A DNA stretch of 35,962 nt from IMG/VR virus record IMGVR_UViG_3300032024_000154, positions 1 to 35,962 of that record; one strand, given 5' to 3'. Positions 1 to 11,500 of this stretch are shown here, one piece after another. The stretch comes from a virus (Duplodnaviria > Caudoviricetes). The notes beneath the pieces were generated by a model. That model did not search any database, was not told the DNA's origin, and saw only the letters and a list, made by a program, of their open reading frames with translations. The stretch's first letter is position 1. Each line of letters begins with the position of its first letter. A program made the position numbers and the translations under genes.

Positions 1-140
1 GTGGCCTGGCCACGTGCCTGCAGGATGCCGCCACCTGGCAGTTGGACGGTGGAAACGTCGCCCGAAATTGACAGCACGGTGCCTACCTGGAGCGGCCTTT
101 GTGGCAGCAGATCGATGAACTCACGGTACACATTACGCAT
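1..140 (-). CDS. small tail-associated protein, runs off window edge (MRNVYREFIDLLPQRPLQVGTVLSISGDVSTVQLPGGG...)
   Basis: ATG at 140, 8 nt after the stop of the upstream tail gene; open to edge; translated by hand. Confidence 0.7.
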   Translation of the reverse strand, partial: MRNVYREFIDLLPQRPLQVGTVLSISGDVSTVQLPGGGILQARGQA

Positions 141-148
141 GGCGGGCC

Positions 149-2044
149 TCAAGCTTCGTGGGTTTCGACGGAGATGGTCTGGCGCAGCACTGGGCGCGAC
201 CAGTCGATCGACGTGGCGCGCACGAGACCTAAGCGGGTGTCCGCGCCGTCGGCGTAGCGCACGAACTTGCCTGGCGTGATGATGCCGGTCTCTGGCAGCA
301 CGGGCAGCTTGAGTGAGACGTGGGCCTGCTTGCCGGTGTTGCCAAGAACAGCCATGGCCCGCTGGCGGGCGGCGTCGGCGTGCGTGATGAGGGAGTGTGT
401 GACCATGGGCGCCACCACTGCGCCCGCCGTGCCGGTGCGGGTTACCTCGCCGAGCACGCCCTGGCTGGTGCCGCTGACGTGGACGCGGTCGTAGCCCGGT
501 TTGCGGCGCCAGTCGATGCCCTCAACCGATACAACCGACGGCGGCAGCTCGAAGTCTGGGATGACGGTGGCGGCCCAGCCCCACGGCACCGAGGGATAGC
601 GCGGCAACACGATCAGCGTGGCAAGGGTTGGGTGGGGCTGCACATAAGCGCCCGCGGCGCCGGCAATGTCCAGGATGGACTCTATATAGACACCCTGGTG
701 CGCCCAGACGTTGCCTGGCACCAGCCAATCCGTTATTCGCCAATCGACCGCCCACCCTATGCCGACACCGTTGATGGTGAGGACGTCGCCCATAAGCTGC
801 TGAGCTGTCCGAGCTATTGTGTTGCCCTGGTTAAGCACGGGTGCATACGGCGCGTCGAGGATTGCGGCCTTGCCTCGGCCACGCACCTTGATGCGTGTGT
901 TTGCGAACGCCCGATCGCGCCCTATGCCTTCGGCGGCCAGGCGGAACGGGGTGCCATTGATGGTGACTTCGAGCTCCGCTGGATCGCCATTGGTGGCTGG
1001 GGTGACATAGGGCCGCGCATCAGAAGGCAGCGTGGCGCTCCAGCTCCAGGTCCACGAGTCGGTGTCGAGCGACATGCTGAATGTATAGGTGGGAATGGCA
1101 ATATTGCCGTCAACGCGGCGCAAGTCGATGCTGTTGATGGTCACGTATGTTCTCCTGATCGGCACCACCATGGTGCCTGGCAATAAGTAGCACGCTTGCG
1201 CGCCAAAAACAAGGTTTGCCAGCAGCAAGGGCGGGCACTCGAACAGCAGGTTCCCGTCCCTGAAAAACACCTCAGGGCCGGGCGGCGGTGCGGGCGGCCA
1301 GATGCTCTTGCCGTTGCGCGCCTGGCCCGCCTGCTGCCACGGCATGGCGGCAAACTGCACGCCGCTGATTCGGGTACTGGCACCGCTGCGCCCCCCGAAG
1401 TTGCGCACCCTGGATGCCGCCACCTGCCATGAGGCGGCATGGTGGCGGGCGTGAAAAATGCCCGCCTGCATGGGCGAGGCGGACAGGGCGCTGCGCGGGT
1501 CGGCCTTTTGCCACGGCGCGGCGCGGCGCCTGTCGTGCTGCACCGCTTTTTGATGCGCCAGCGCGGCCTGCTGCTGGGCCTGCAGGCCGCGTTGCCACGG
1601 TACATCGGCCCGCTGGCGCATCGGCACGGACGCGTCTGCCGGCAGCGCCACGGTATCGCCCATGTGCCGCGCTTTTTGCCAGCGCTGCGCAGTGGCCTCG
1701 CGCCGGGGCAGGCTGATGCCCCAGGCGCTGCCGCGCGCCACGAAGTCGGCCAGCGCCGTCTGATGCGGCGCGGCGGCGCGCTGGTCCAACCAGGGCGTGA
1801 CGCGGTTGTCGTAATTTGCCGCCGCGGTGACTGTGACGGCGCCTGCAAGCAGTGCCACCGCGTCGGCCCGCACCGGCAAGCCCGCCACGGCGGCGACGCT
1901 GACAGTGCCGGCCAGCGTGGCCGATATATCGACCGTGACGGGCGGCAGCGCCACGCCGCTGCCATCGTCGCCAAAAACAAGGTCTGTTGGCGAGCCGATC
2001 AGCCGCGTTTGCGAAAAGACCAGGTCGGGGGACGGGATGGGCAT
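149..2044 (-). CDS. tail tip/baseplate hub-like structural protein (631 aa)
   Basis: position in tail operon; periodic PWQ/WQ repeats in N-half, beta-rich hub-like C-half. Confidence 0.7.
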   Translation of the reverse strand: MPIPSPDLVFSQTRLIGSPTDLVFGDDGSGVALPPVTVDISATLAGTVSVAAVAGLPVRADAVALLAGAVTVTAAANYDNRVTPWLDQRAAAPHQTALADFVARGSAWGISLPRREATAQRWQKARHMGDTVALPADASVPMRQRADVPWQRGLQAQQQAALAHQKAVQHDRRRAAPWQKADPRSALSASPMQAGIFHARHHAASWQVAASRVRNFGGRSGASTRISGVQFAAMPWQQAGQARNGKSIWPPAPPPGPEVFFRDGNLLFECPPLLLANLVFGAQACYLLPGTMVVPIRRTYVTINSIDLRRVDGNIAIPTYTFSMSLDTDSWTWSWSATLPSDARPYVTPATNGDPAELEVTINGTPFRLAAEGIGRDRAFANTRIKVRGRGKAAILDAPYAPVLNQGNTIARTAQQLMGDVLTINGVGIGWAVDWRITDWLVPGNVWAHQGVYIESILDIAGAAGAYVQPHPTLATLIVLPRYPSVPWGWAATVIPDFELPPSVVSVEGIDWRRKPGYDRVHVSGTSQGVLGEVTRTGTAGAVVAPMVTHSLITHADAARQRAMAVLGNTGKQAHVSLKLPVLPETGIITPGKFVRYADGADTRLGLVRATSIDWSRPVLRQTISVETHEA

Positions 2045-2055
2045 GGGCTACCCGG

Positions 2056-2460
2056 CTACTTTGAGATCACGCACGACAGCAACTGGATTTCTCCGTTGGC
2101 AAAGACTTGCGTGGTATTGACGATCACCGGCAAGCCCGAGCCAGCCAGCCCGACGAGCAGGTCCATGAATCCGTTGCCCGCGCCATCGACCAGGCGCGCC
2201 CAGCCGATGACGCCGGTGCTCGATGCGGGAGCGCCTCGGGGCACGGTCAGGGTCAAGGTGGCCAGCGTGCCCGACTGACCGATAGCGCCCGATGGCGTGG
2301 CCAGCGGCACCGCGCCGAGCAGCACCGCTGCCGTCGCGACATCGGGCGTGGCGGGTGGGGTGCCGGTGTAAAACAGCAGCCTGGCGCCGCCCGCGTCCAT
2401 GCCGTCGCGCAGGCCCAGCAGCTCGGCTATGCGGGCGATCAGGGACAAGGGGGTGCTCAT
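2056..2460 (-). CDS. tail structural protein (134 aa)
   Basis: ATGA overlap with upstream gene; LLFYTGTPPATPD...GWARLVDG motif typical of small tail proteins. Confidence 0.7.
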   Translation of the reverse strand: MSTPLSLIARIAELLGLRDGMDAGGARLLFYTGTPPATPDVATAAVLLGAVPLATPSGAIGQSGTLATLTLTVPRGAPASSTGVIGWARLVDGAGNGFMDLLVGLAGSGLPVIVNTTQVFANGEIQLLSCVISK

Positions 2461-3461
2461 GCAATCAACTCCGGTATTTGCCCGTCGGCCACCACGGCGC
2501 GATAGGCCCCGGTGTGGTCGTAGCTGAGCACGGTGTACCGGGCCGCCAGGTCCACGTAGTCAAAACTGTAGACACCCGTGATCGGGTCGCTCCATGCCTC
2601 GCGCACCAGAAGGGTTGTGGCTTCATCGAACAGCCGCACACGACGCCGTAGCGGGGTGTTGGTGGGGGTGCCTTTTTCTTTGACCGTGCCGGACACGCGC
2701 CCGCGGCCGCCTTGGTAGATGTTGCGCTGCCCAAGCACCTGCCCGCGGTTGATATTGCGGAGGCCGCCCGGTACCAGCGCCTCGGGCGGTGCCATTCCCA
2801 GCACGCCCAGCCCGGCCCCGGCTGCACCCAACCCGCGCACGCTAATGGGCGTCAGCGCCGCCTGCGGTGCATCCCACATCTTGATACTGTGCAGGCGTAC
2901 CGTGCTCTGGTACAGCGTGACGCCGGGGGCAAGGGAGGGGTACACCAGCGAGCTGCCAAAGACCAGCACGCCGTCGATGCGGAACTCGGCAGCCAGGCGA
3001 GTCACTCCAGCGCCCGTGGACATGTCCCAGCGCACGTTAAAAATGCGCCGGTCGCCCGCTGTGGCGAACGGAAAATCGGCACCGGGCGCAAAAGCAGAAG
3101 CAGCGCCATTGCCCGCCCACGACGCGGCGCCTGTCCACGGCATCACTTCGTAATTCAATCCATTGTGTGCAAACCGGAATCCGTTCGAGACCGAGGCCTG
3201 CCGGGCAACCGGCCACGCACCCCCAAAACCAAGCGTGCCGGCGGCGTTGGAGACAAACTCCAGATCACTCTCCATCTCGCCCGCCACGCGCAGCGGCTGA
3301 GAAGTGATGTCGTAGATGTTTTGACCTGCCGTGGCGTTGCTCAGGTCAACGGCCTGCGCAGTAGCGTTGTAAGCCTCTACCAGCGCTCCGGCTTGCTGCC
3401 TCAGCGTCGCAAAGCCCACCGGGATGCCGGTGACAAAGCTCTCGTCAAGTATCAGCGCCAT
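2457..3461 (-). CDS. putative tail fibre/receptor-binding protein (334 aa)
   Basis: beta-rich lectin-like N-part plus C-terminal GRVSGTVK...RRVRL...G.YSF Ig/prealbumin-like module; tail operon position. Confidence 0.6.
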   Translation of the reverse strand: MALILDESFVTGIPVGFATLRQQAGALVEAYNATAQAVDLSNATAGQNIYDITSQPLRVAGEMESDLEFVSNAAGTLGFGGAWPVARQASVSNGFRFAHNGLNYEVMPWTGAASWAGNGAASAFAPGADFPFATAGDRRIFNVRWDMSTGAGVTRLAAEFRIDGVLVFGSSLVYPSLAPGVTLYQSTVRLHSIKMWDAPQAALTPISVRGLGAAGAGLGVLGMAPPEALVPGGLRNINRGQVLGQRNIYQGGRGRVSGTVKEKGTPTNTPLRRRVRLFDEATTLLVREAWSDPITGVYSFDYVDLAARYTVLSYDHTGAYRAVVADGQIPELIA

Positions 3462-3464
3462 GGC

Positions 3465-4751
3465 TTACCACCATGGGCCGGTAATATCGAACGCCAGCCA
3501 ACCGGTGAAGTTGTTGCTGGCGCTGCCGTGCATCGCCTTGACCAGCATAAATGTGCGGCCCGGGTAGCCAGCCGCGCCGGTAATGGTGTCCATGTGGCTG
3601 AGCGTGGGACTGTTGTTGTGTACCCAGAACATGCCTGGCAACTTGCCGCGCAGGTGCGCGCCCTCCATCAGCATGACGGGATGCAGCACCAGACTGTAGT
3701 CAGGCCCGTTGGGCCATGCCAGTCCGCTGTTATAGCCGGATACCGCTTGAGCGTTGTTGGTGTTGAGGCTGGTGAACGAGAGAGTGACTGGGCTACTCAC
3801 TTGCAAATACGATTTCAAACAGGTTTTTCCTGTGGCGTCCAGCGTGCGGGGGAAACGTGCTCGCCAGTCCGAAGACAGATAGCCTTCGGGGTCCCCATTG
3901 CTGGGGCCGCCGTTGGCTGCGATGTAGGCGTCCTGCGCGCACAGCAATGTGTTGAAGCCATCGCCGCTGCGGTAGCTCGCAAAGTCAGTAAAGCAGCGGC
4001 CACCCAGACCGACCCCATCCAACGCCTCGTTGAAAATAAAAAATCCGCGATCATCCCCAATAATCACCCAGGGCCTGTTATAGGCACCCGGTGCGGCTGT
4101 GTCCTGGCTGTTGCCGCCCAGTTTTGCGTAGTACCACTTGTACCAGCCATCAACGGCGGTGGTGAGTGAGCCCGTGCCTATCTCATTTTTGGTTGGCGCG
4201 GCAGGGTCGTAGGGTGCGCGTGCGCCGACGAAGGTGTCGATGTCGCTCATGCCTTGCGCCATGGTGACCTTGGCCTTTTTGGCGTAAGTCGTGGTGTAGG
4301 CCGGGTCAAGGTTATCATCAACGCGCAAGTAAGGGCGGTTGCTCTGCACATTGGCGCTTCGGTAGGCGCGCTTGTTGGTACCGGTGAAGGCAATCCCCCA
4401 GCCCAGTGGCGCCACCTTGACCTGGATGCTGGCCCCGGTAGCCGGGCTGACTGGCGTGCCGGCGATGGCATAGGTGAATGTCATGGAGGTCGTGGTCAGC
4501 ACCTTAACCTCCCCGTTGTACTCGGCTTCCCCCGCTCCACTGACGACTAGCACCTGACCGACGCGGTACAGGTGGCCGGCGCTGACGGTGGCCGTGGCCA
4601 CACCGCCAGCGCTGGTCAGGCTGGCAACGGCCAGTAGGTTAAACCCGTTGACCAGGCAGGCGTCCAGCACTCCCGTCATGGCCCCCCAGGCATTGGTTAG
4701 CTGTGGTGCGCCCGGCATGGTGTTGTCGAAGTATTTGATGGGCAATGACAT
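3465..4751 (-). CDS. tail fibre-like structural protein (428 aa)
   Basis: N-terminal PGAPQL...G...VLDACLVNG motif common in siphophage fibre proteins; GGAG RBS. Confidence 0.7.
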   Translation of the reverse strand: MSLPIKYFDNTMPGAPQLTNAWGAMTGVLDACLVNGFNLLAVASLTSAGGVATATVSAGHLYRVGQVLVVSGAGEAEYNGEVKVLTTTSMTFTYAIAGTPVSPATGASIQVKVAPLGWGIAFTGTNKRAYRSANVQSNRPYLRVDDNLDPAYTTTYAKKAKVTMAQGMSDIDTFVGARAPYDPAAPTKNEIGTGSLTTAVDGWYKWYYAKLGGNSQDTAAPGAYNRPWVIIGDDRGFFIFNEALDGVGLGGRCFTDFASYRSGDGFNTLLCAQDAYIAANGGPSNGDPEGYLSSDWRARFPRTLDATGKTCLKSYLQVSSPVTLSFTSLNTNNAQAVSGYNSGLAWPNGPDYSLVLHPVMLMEGAHLRGKLPGMFWVHNNSPTLSHMDTITGAAGYPGRTFMLVKAMHGSASNNFTGWLAFDITGPWW

Positions 4752-4768
4752 TTTTTATCTCCTAAAAA

Positions 4769-7700
4769 TTAAGGCCGGTCCACGTCGCCACGGAACGCGA
4801 TCGAAAACACATCGCTGTCGAGCGATGCCGGACCCTGCAGCACGGTGCGCACGGCCCAGAATGGCGCGCCGGATGCCGCGGTGTTGAAGCGCAGCACATT
4901 GCCCACCGCCCAGCTCGCGCCCCAGCCCAGCGCCGGCAAGGTGAAATAGGCGGCGCCCGTGGCCGGGTTGATCGGGGCCGCATCCGCGCTGGTGCTGCCT
5001 GTGCCTATCACGCCGACCGACTCGCCGACGATGTTGAAGGCAGTCGTATTTGTAAAAATCATCGCCCAGCGCTCGGTGATGGCGCCGCGGTTTGTAGTGA
5101 CGATCGGGAACTGGCCCTCGTTGAAGTTGGCCAGCGGCGCAGCGCCTATCAGGGCGTCGCTCCAGACGCCGGTCCAGGTGATCTGCTCAAGGTAGTTGAA
5201 GGCGCGCGAGAACAGGTCGCCAAAGGGCAGCGCACTCGATACAAACGAGGTGGTGGCCGGGAAGCTGTGCGTCAGGCTGCGCGTGAACTTGAGCAGGCCC
5301 GAGATGTCGGCCTGACTGGTCAGCATCATGTCCTCGATCCGGTGCTCCACCGTCAGCGGCTGGGTGTAGGCCGTGATGACGGAGGCCGTGGGCACGGTGA
5401 TGGTGCCGGGATTGAGGTCGCTCACATACAGGCTGCTCGGCACCAGCGCGCCCAGCGCGTCCTTGATGCGGACACTGGCAATGCGCTCGCGGCCCAGCGC
5501 ATAGACCGTGCCTTTGACCAATGGGTTGGGCAACTGCGTGGTCAGCGTGTTGTGCACCACCACCAGGTCGCCGGTGCGGTAGATCGGCACCTTGCCGTCC
5601 AGCGGCAGGCGCACGGTATCCAGCCCGAGCAGGTCTTTATTGAGCGGCAAGAATTGCAGGAACACGGCGTTATAGGTCAGCGCCGCCGGGTCTATGGGCG
5701 CGCTGGCGGCCCAGCGCACCACGCCGCGCTGGTAGTCCACCGTGCCGCTCCAGATGCTGCCTGTGATCACGCCGGAGTCGTTGGCGCTGGCCACGTTGCC
5801 TGGCGTCTGCATCTGATAGACGCCCGTCTTTAGCGGCGCGCTGGCGGTGCGGAACACGCCGGTAGCAACGCTTTTTGCAGCCAGGTCCTGCGCCAGGTTG
5901 TACCAGGTCACGCCGTTGGCGAAGTCGCTGGGCAGGCTGCTGATAGTGATCAGTCCGTCGCTGCTGACCACGCCGGCGTTGGCCGTTGTGGGCGCGCCGG
6001 TCAGCACGCTCCAGCCGCGCTGCAGCACATTGCCGGATGCGAAGTAGTTTGAGCCGCCGATGCGCAGCGCAGCGCCGTCAACCAGCGGTGGGCCATTGGT
6101 GGCGACCGACATGACCCATGGGCCGGGCGCAAACGGCAGCGGCGTGCCAGCGGCGGGTGCGCCGCCAGCGTAAGCCACAGCGGTGATCGGCGACAGCAGC
6201 GTCACCACCGTGACCGCCAGCGGGCTGGAGTTGACGCTAGCGCCGCCTTGCCAGCCGGTCACGTTGGTCTCTGTGCGGTTGGGCAGCTCCATGCTGACGC
6301 TGGCATTGAGCGTGACAGCGCCGGTGGCGTAGTTGATGGTGCCCGCGGCGACTGACTTTTTGCGGTGCCTGATAAAGATCACGCCATCGGCGTCATACAG
6401 GCTGAGCGGACTGTCGGCATACTTCGGCACCACCGTTAGCGGATAGGTCACCAGTACGCTGGCGCGGAAGCTGCCCTTGGTGATTGGCAGCGTGCCGGTC
6501 AGGGTGTAGGCGCCGCCGCTGCCGGTGAACACGGTCTGGTCCGCAGCGCCAACGTCGCCCGTGATCGTGACGTTGGCATCAGGAAACACGTTGGGCTCGA
6601 ACGTCAGCACGCCGTCGGCATAAGTACCGGTGGCGTCGCCCGTGAGGACGCCTGCGGCATTGGTGCTGGCCGTGTAGTTGGTGACGCCACGCGTCCAGGC
6701 CACGGCGATGGCGTCGGCCTTGGTGCGGCTGCCGAGCGCGATCTGCATGCCAAGCCGCGCCGGCAGACCAGACACCAGCACCGCCTTGGCCGATGACACG
6801 TCGCCCCAGTCCGCGAGCAGCGGGCTGCCGACATCGGGGATGGCCCCGAGCGTGACGGCCATGGAGCCGGTGCCATAACTGAGGGTGCCCACGCCCACGC
6901 TGCCGTCAAGCCCGGCGAGCTTGCCCGCCAGGTTGTCTTTCATCTCATACCAGCGGCCTTGCGCCATATAGCTCAGGGTAAAGCTGCCGGGCGGCGGCGC
7001 CGGGCTGAACACGTTGGTATAGGCCAGCCCCTGATTGGCCGTGCTGACAATCAGCGAGGCGCTGTACGACGAGGCCCCTACCAGAGAGGCGGGGCGGTAG
7101 GTTAACGTGAGCGGCTGCGTGCCGTAGCTCGGCGCTCCCGGCAGCATCGTGGCAAGGCGCGACTTGTAGTCCACGGTGCCGACGATCGTCGTGCCTTCCT
7201 TGAGGTTGCCCGCGCTGTCGTCTGCAAACAGCGTGGCGCCGTGGGTAAAGCTGAAGGACCCGGGCTCTATGGGCGTGGGCGTGGCAACGATCGCGTTAGG
7301 CCCGAGCAGCATGCTGACCGCAGTCAGTGCAACGGGCGCGTAGGCGGTGGGTATGACGGAGGCGCGGCCCAGCAGCGGCGCCTGGTCAGTGATCGGGCTC
7401 TCAACCGTGGCGGCGGGCACCACGGCGCTGAAAATGCCGCCGGCAGCCGTCACCGAGAAATCACCCGGCACACCGGGCAATGCCAGCGGCTTGATGCCAT
7501 AGAACGCCGCGCCATTGGCGACGTTGGTGCCAAACGATTGCGCAAAGTTGGCCTCGACCAGGCCGACGCGGATGGCGGGCGGGCCGGCAAAGTCAAAGGC
7601 CAGCGGGTTGCCGATGTCGCAGGTGGCGACGCTGGCGGGCAGCAGCAGGGTCGAGCCGTTTTCAACCACGGCCACCGTCTGCGTGGCCGTGGCCACGCGC

Positions 7701-8191
7701 AGTATGCGCACATATTCTTCGTCGCCGTTGGGGTTGCGCAGCACGATGGCGTCGCCGCCGGCGGGCGGCGTGCCGCCGACCAGGCTGATCAGGCGTATCT
7801 GCAGGCTGCCGGCGAAATGCGGATCCCACAGCCGGAAGGTGATCTTGGGGCCTTTGACCAGGTATTTTTCGATGCTGTCTTGGGCTGCGGTGCGAGTGTC
7901 GGCCCAGTTTGCCGTGCGCATCAGACTGGCTTGCACCAGCGGGTCGGCCGGGGCCTGAGTGACGATGACATGAGCGCCCATCAGGGTGTCGGTGTCGCTG
8001 GTGTGCGCCACGCCAAACAGCTTGCGCAGGTTGACGCGGCCAAAGGCGCGGTCCATCGCCGAGGTGTCCGGGAAAAGGTTGTTGCTCTGGCCGTCGATCA
8101 CTGCAATGCCGGTCATGGCGCCGCCGCCCTCGGGCACGTCGGCCATGACGGCGGATTTGAGGAGTTTGATGTCTTCGGTGAGGATTGGCAT
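4769..8191 (-). CDS. large tail-tip/central fibre protein (1140 aa)
   Basis: N-terminus DIKLLKS...GGG..TG..V.DG..NNLFPD.S..DR..GRVNLRK typical of this tail type; repeated G.VDY.TG beta motifs. Confidence 0.8.
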   Translation of the reverse strand: MPILTEDIKLLKSAVMADVPEGGGAMTGIAVIDGQSNNLFPDTSAMDRAFGRVNLRKLFGVAHTSDTDTLMGAHVIVTQAPADPLVQASLMRTANWADTRTAAQDSIEKYLVKGPKITFRLWDPHFAGSLQIRLISLVGGTPPAGGDAIVLRNPNGDEEYVRILRVATATQTVAVVENGSTLLLPASVATCDIGNPLAFDFAGPPAIRVGLVEANFAQSFGTNVANGAAFYGIKPLALPGVPGDFSVTAAGGIFSAVVPAATVESPITDQAPLLGRASVIPTAYAPVALTAVSMLLGPNAIVATPTPIEPGSFSFTHGATLFADDSAGNLKEGTTIVGTVDYKSRLATMLPGAPSYGTQPLTLTYRPASLVGASSYSASLIVSTANQGLAYTNVFSPAPPPGSFTLSYMAQGRWYEMKDNLAGKLAGLDGSVGVGTLSYGTGSMAVTLGAIPDVGSPLLADWGDVSSAKAVLVSGLPARLGMQIALGSRTKADAIAVAWTRGVTNYTASTNAAGVLTGDATGTYADGVLTFEPNVFPDANVTITGDVGAADQTVFTGSGGAYTLTGTLPITKGSFRASVLVTYPLTVVPKYADSPLSLYDADGVIFIRHRKKSVAAGTINYATGAVTLNASVSMELPNRTETNVTGWQGGASVNSSPLAVTVVTLLSPITAVAYAGGAPAAGTPLPFAPGPWVMSVATNGPPLVDGAALRIGGSNYFASGNVLQRGWSVLTGAPTTANAGVVSSDGLITISSLPSDFANGVTWYNLAQDLAAKSVATGVFRTASAPLKTGVYQMQTPGNVASANDSGVITGSIWSGTVDYQRGVVRWAASAPIDPAALTYNAVFLQFLPLNKDLLGLDTVRLPLDGKVPIYRTGDLVVVHNTLTTQLPNPLVKGTVYALGRERIASVRIKDALGALVPSSLYVSDLNPGTITVPTASVITAYTQPLTVEHRIEDMMLTSQADISGLLKFTRSLTHSFPATTSFVSSALPFGDLFSRAFNYLEQITWTGVWSDALIGAAPLANFNEGQFPIVTTNRGAITERWAMIFTNTTAFNIVGESVGVIGTGSTSADAAPINPATGAAYFTLPALGWGASWAVGNVLRFNTAASGAPFWAVRTVLQGPASLDSDVFSIAFRGDVDRP

Positions 8192-8590
8192 TTAGAGTTC
8201 CAGGAAGCGGAAGGTGGGCAGATACAGCAGCTCGGGCGTGATCTCGCCGTCGGCAAGGCGCCAGATCGGCTGTGCTTCAAAACCTTTTTGCGCGTGGTCA
8301 AACATCACGCTGCGGGCCACGCCGCGCAGCGTGAGCGTGAGCGCTATGCCTGGCAGCGCGGCCCAGCCGTCGATCGTGTCGCACAGCGCGCGCGACATCC
8401 AGGCGGCCGTGTCCGTGCCCTGCAGCGTGATAGTGCGGCCCGCCAGCTTGAGGCCCACATCAACCAGCAGCGCGCCGGTGGTGCTGTATTCGGTGCGCTG
8501 CTCGACGGGGCTCCAGTCGTATTCGTCCACCCACTGCAGGCGGTCGCCCAGGTCCACCGTGGCGGCAAGGTAAGTCAGGGTGATGCTCAT
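8192..8590 (-). CDS. distal tail (Dit)-like protein (132 aa)
   Basis: directly follows tape measure; WVDEYDWSPV...GALLV...GR.ITL motif. Confidence 0.7.
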   Translation of the reverse strand: MSITLTYLAATVDLGDRLQWVDEYDWSPVEQRTEYSTTGALLVDVGLKLAGRTITLQGTDTAAWMSRALCDTIDGWAALPGIALTLTLRGVARSVMFDHAQKGFEAQPIWRLADGEITPELLYLPTFRFLEL

Positions 8591-8591
8591 G

Positions 8592-11500
8592 TCAGCGCGC
8601 TCCCGCCGTGCCGCGCGCGTCGGCCAGCTGCGTCAGCACTTCCTGCAGCACGCTGGCGCCGGCAGCGTCGGTGTTGACGGTGCGGCTGCGGCCGTCGAGG
8701 TTGATGTTGACCGAGGTGGTTGGGGCCGGGATGCTCGAAGGCGTCCGCGCGCCGGCGCCGTTGAGGCCAGGGCCGAAGGTGAATTGTTCTGCGGCTTTTA
8801 GCAGCGCAACGCTCAGCGTGTCGGCGCCGAATTTGCGCTGGCCCGGGTTGTCAAAGAAGGGGATGTTGCCCTTGCCGTCTGAGAACTGCAGCGCCAGCTT
8901 GCGCGCCGCCGTATCGTCGGCGACACCTGCGTTTTTCAGGAAAGCGGCAACGCCGGTCAGGGTGGCGATGTCGCTGCCGATGACCAGGCGGTTGCCGTCT
9001 TTGCCGGTGGAAAACCCCTCCTTGTCAACCCCGATGCGCTTGCGCTCGAGCTCGGCGGCCTTCTCGACGGCGGCGTTGGTGCGTTCAATCGCCGCATTCT
9101 GCCGCTCCAGCGCGCTCACGGCGCGATCAGCGGCGCTCTCGGCAGCAGCGCCCGCATTTTTGTAAGAACCAGCCAGGTCATCAACGGCTTTCTTGCTATC
9201 GCCGATGGTCTTCAGGGTGGCCTTGCCGGCGCTGTCCACTGCAACCTCATAGCCGCGCGCGGCGGCTTCGGCGGTCACCCACGACGGGGCAATGCCGTTG
9301 TTGGCCGCAATGGCGTCCTCGGCGGCTTTTTTGAAGCCTGCGGCCAATTCACGCGCGCTGCGCGTGCCCGACTCACGCATGGCGTCGTAAGCGGCCTTTG
9401 ATTTTTCGGCGGTGTCTTTGAAGGTTTGGTCGCTAGTCACGCCCAGCACCCGCATGGCTTCCTTCACGCCCTGTATGCCTGGCGTGGCGTCTTCCAGCGC
9501 TTTTCCCAGACCTTCCGCTTTTTGCCTGGCCTGGTCGAGCAGGCCGTCCGCGAGCTTGTTGCCGAGCGCCTTGCGCACCGCCTCGATCTGCACGCGCACG
9601 GCCTCTATGGCCTGCTGGCTGTCAGCGGTGCTGATGCCCTTGCCGATGCTGGCGACGAGCACCTGCGCGGTGTCAACGCCCATGGCCTTGAGGCGGTCCA
9701 GGCCGTTGATCATGGCGTCGGTGTCATTGATAGCGCTTCTGGCCGCCTTGCCCATGCCGCCAGAGATCACGTCAAAGTCAAGGCCGGTGCGCTTGATGGA
9801 CTCGCGCAGCGTGGCGTCGAGCACCTGCCCCAGGCGCTCGGCTTCGCGCGCGGTACCGGCCAAGGCGGCGCGGGCCTGCACCTCGAACACCGCCAGGTCG
9901 GCACCCTTGAGCGCGTCGCCCCAGGCCTGCGCAAACTGCTCGGCGCTGAGCTTGCCGTCAGAGGCCAGTTTGTCCAGCACGGCGGTTGCATTGCGGATGC
10001 CGGGCACGGTGGACAGGTCAAAATCCTTGCCGATTTTGGCGACGGCTTCGGCGGCGCTGCCGCCGGCCTTGGTCAACTGGTCAAACTCGGCAATGCTGGC
10101 CATGCCGGCTTTGCCCAGCTCAAACGATTTGTCAATGGCAAGCTGGGTGAGCGCCGCCATGCGCTGGCGCTGGGCGATGTTGTCGGCGGCAATTTGCGCG
10201 CTGACCCGGTCTGCGGCGGCCAGTTCGTCGGTACGGTCTTTGTAGCCGGCCAGCCGGGCCGCGGCCTCGCCGATGGCGGTACCGATATCCTTGAAATTGG
10301 TGGCGATGCCAAGCACCGAAAACAGTTTCAGGCTACTCAGGATCGCCGCAAAGCGCCCCACGCCCACCGCTGCCGTGCCGCCCGCCACGCCGGCGGCGGT
10401 AACGGCGACGGTGTTGGCCACGACCGCCGTGGTGGCCGTTGTGGCCGCAGCGCCTATGCCCAAAAAGTACTGTGCCAGCCGGATCGCGGCCAGCGCGGCC
10501 GCGGCCTGGCCGGCGTCGAGCAAGAGCCCGCCCACGGTGCTCAGGTTGTTTGACAGCACATTGATGGCGCTGGCGGCGGCGCTGCTCGCGCCCATGGCCT
10601 TGTCGGTTTCGCCTACATACAGCGTCCAGCTGGTGGACAGGTTCTCAATCGCCCGGCCCACGGTGGGCGGCAACTTGGAAAATTCGCCGGCCACGATGTC
10701 GGCCTGGCCCCGCAGCGCCTTGATGACGGTCTCGCTGCTCAGTTGCCCGGCTTCTGCCATCTTGCGCAGCTCGCCGGTGGTGGTGCCCAGGCCTTCGGCC
10801 AGCGCGCGGGCCAGCCGGGGGCTTTGCTCCATGACGGAGTTGAATTCATCGCCGCGCAACACGCCGCCCTGCAGGCCCTGGATCAATTGCGTGATGGCGG
10901 CATCGCTGGCCTGGGCGCTTGCGCCTGAGAGCTGCACCGCCTGGTTGACGGTTTCGGTCAGTTTGAGCGCCTGGTCAATCGCGGCCTGGGTGCCAAGCCC
11001 GGCGCTCTTGCCGGCCTCGGCCAGCCGGGTAAACAGGTTGCCGGTGCTCTCCAGGCTGCTGCTGGTGCGCTGGGCCACGGCCGTGACGCCCGCAAACGCG
11101 GCCTCAAACGCCGGGCCCTCGCCGGTCACCAGCTTGATGCGCGATTGCAGGTTGTTGTAGGCGTCGGCGGTGTCGGCCACGTCCCTGGCCATGACCGTGA
11201 GGCCCCGCAAACCGGTAAACCCCACGAACAGCTTTTGCATCAACGCAAGCTGCTCGCTGATGGAGCCCATGCCGGCTTTGATGTCCCGGTGGGCGCGGTT
11301 TTGCACGGCCGCTGAATTGGCAACACCGGTGGCTGCGCCTTGGTAGGCCGGCACCAGGTCCTTGACGCGGTCGCGCAAGACCTGTGTTTGCGCGGCCAGG
11401 CGCTGCTGGGCCGCTTGCGTGCTGTTGCTGGCCACGCCAAAGCGGCGCAGATCCACCGCGGCCACGGAAAGCGCCTGGTTTTGTTGCGCCAGCCTGGCGC

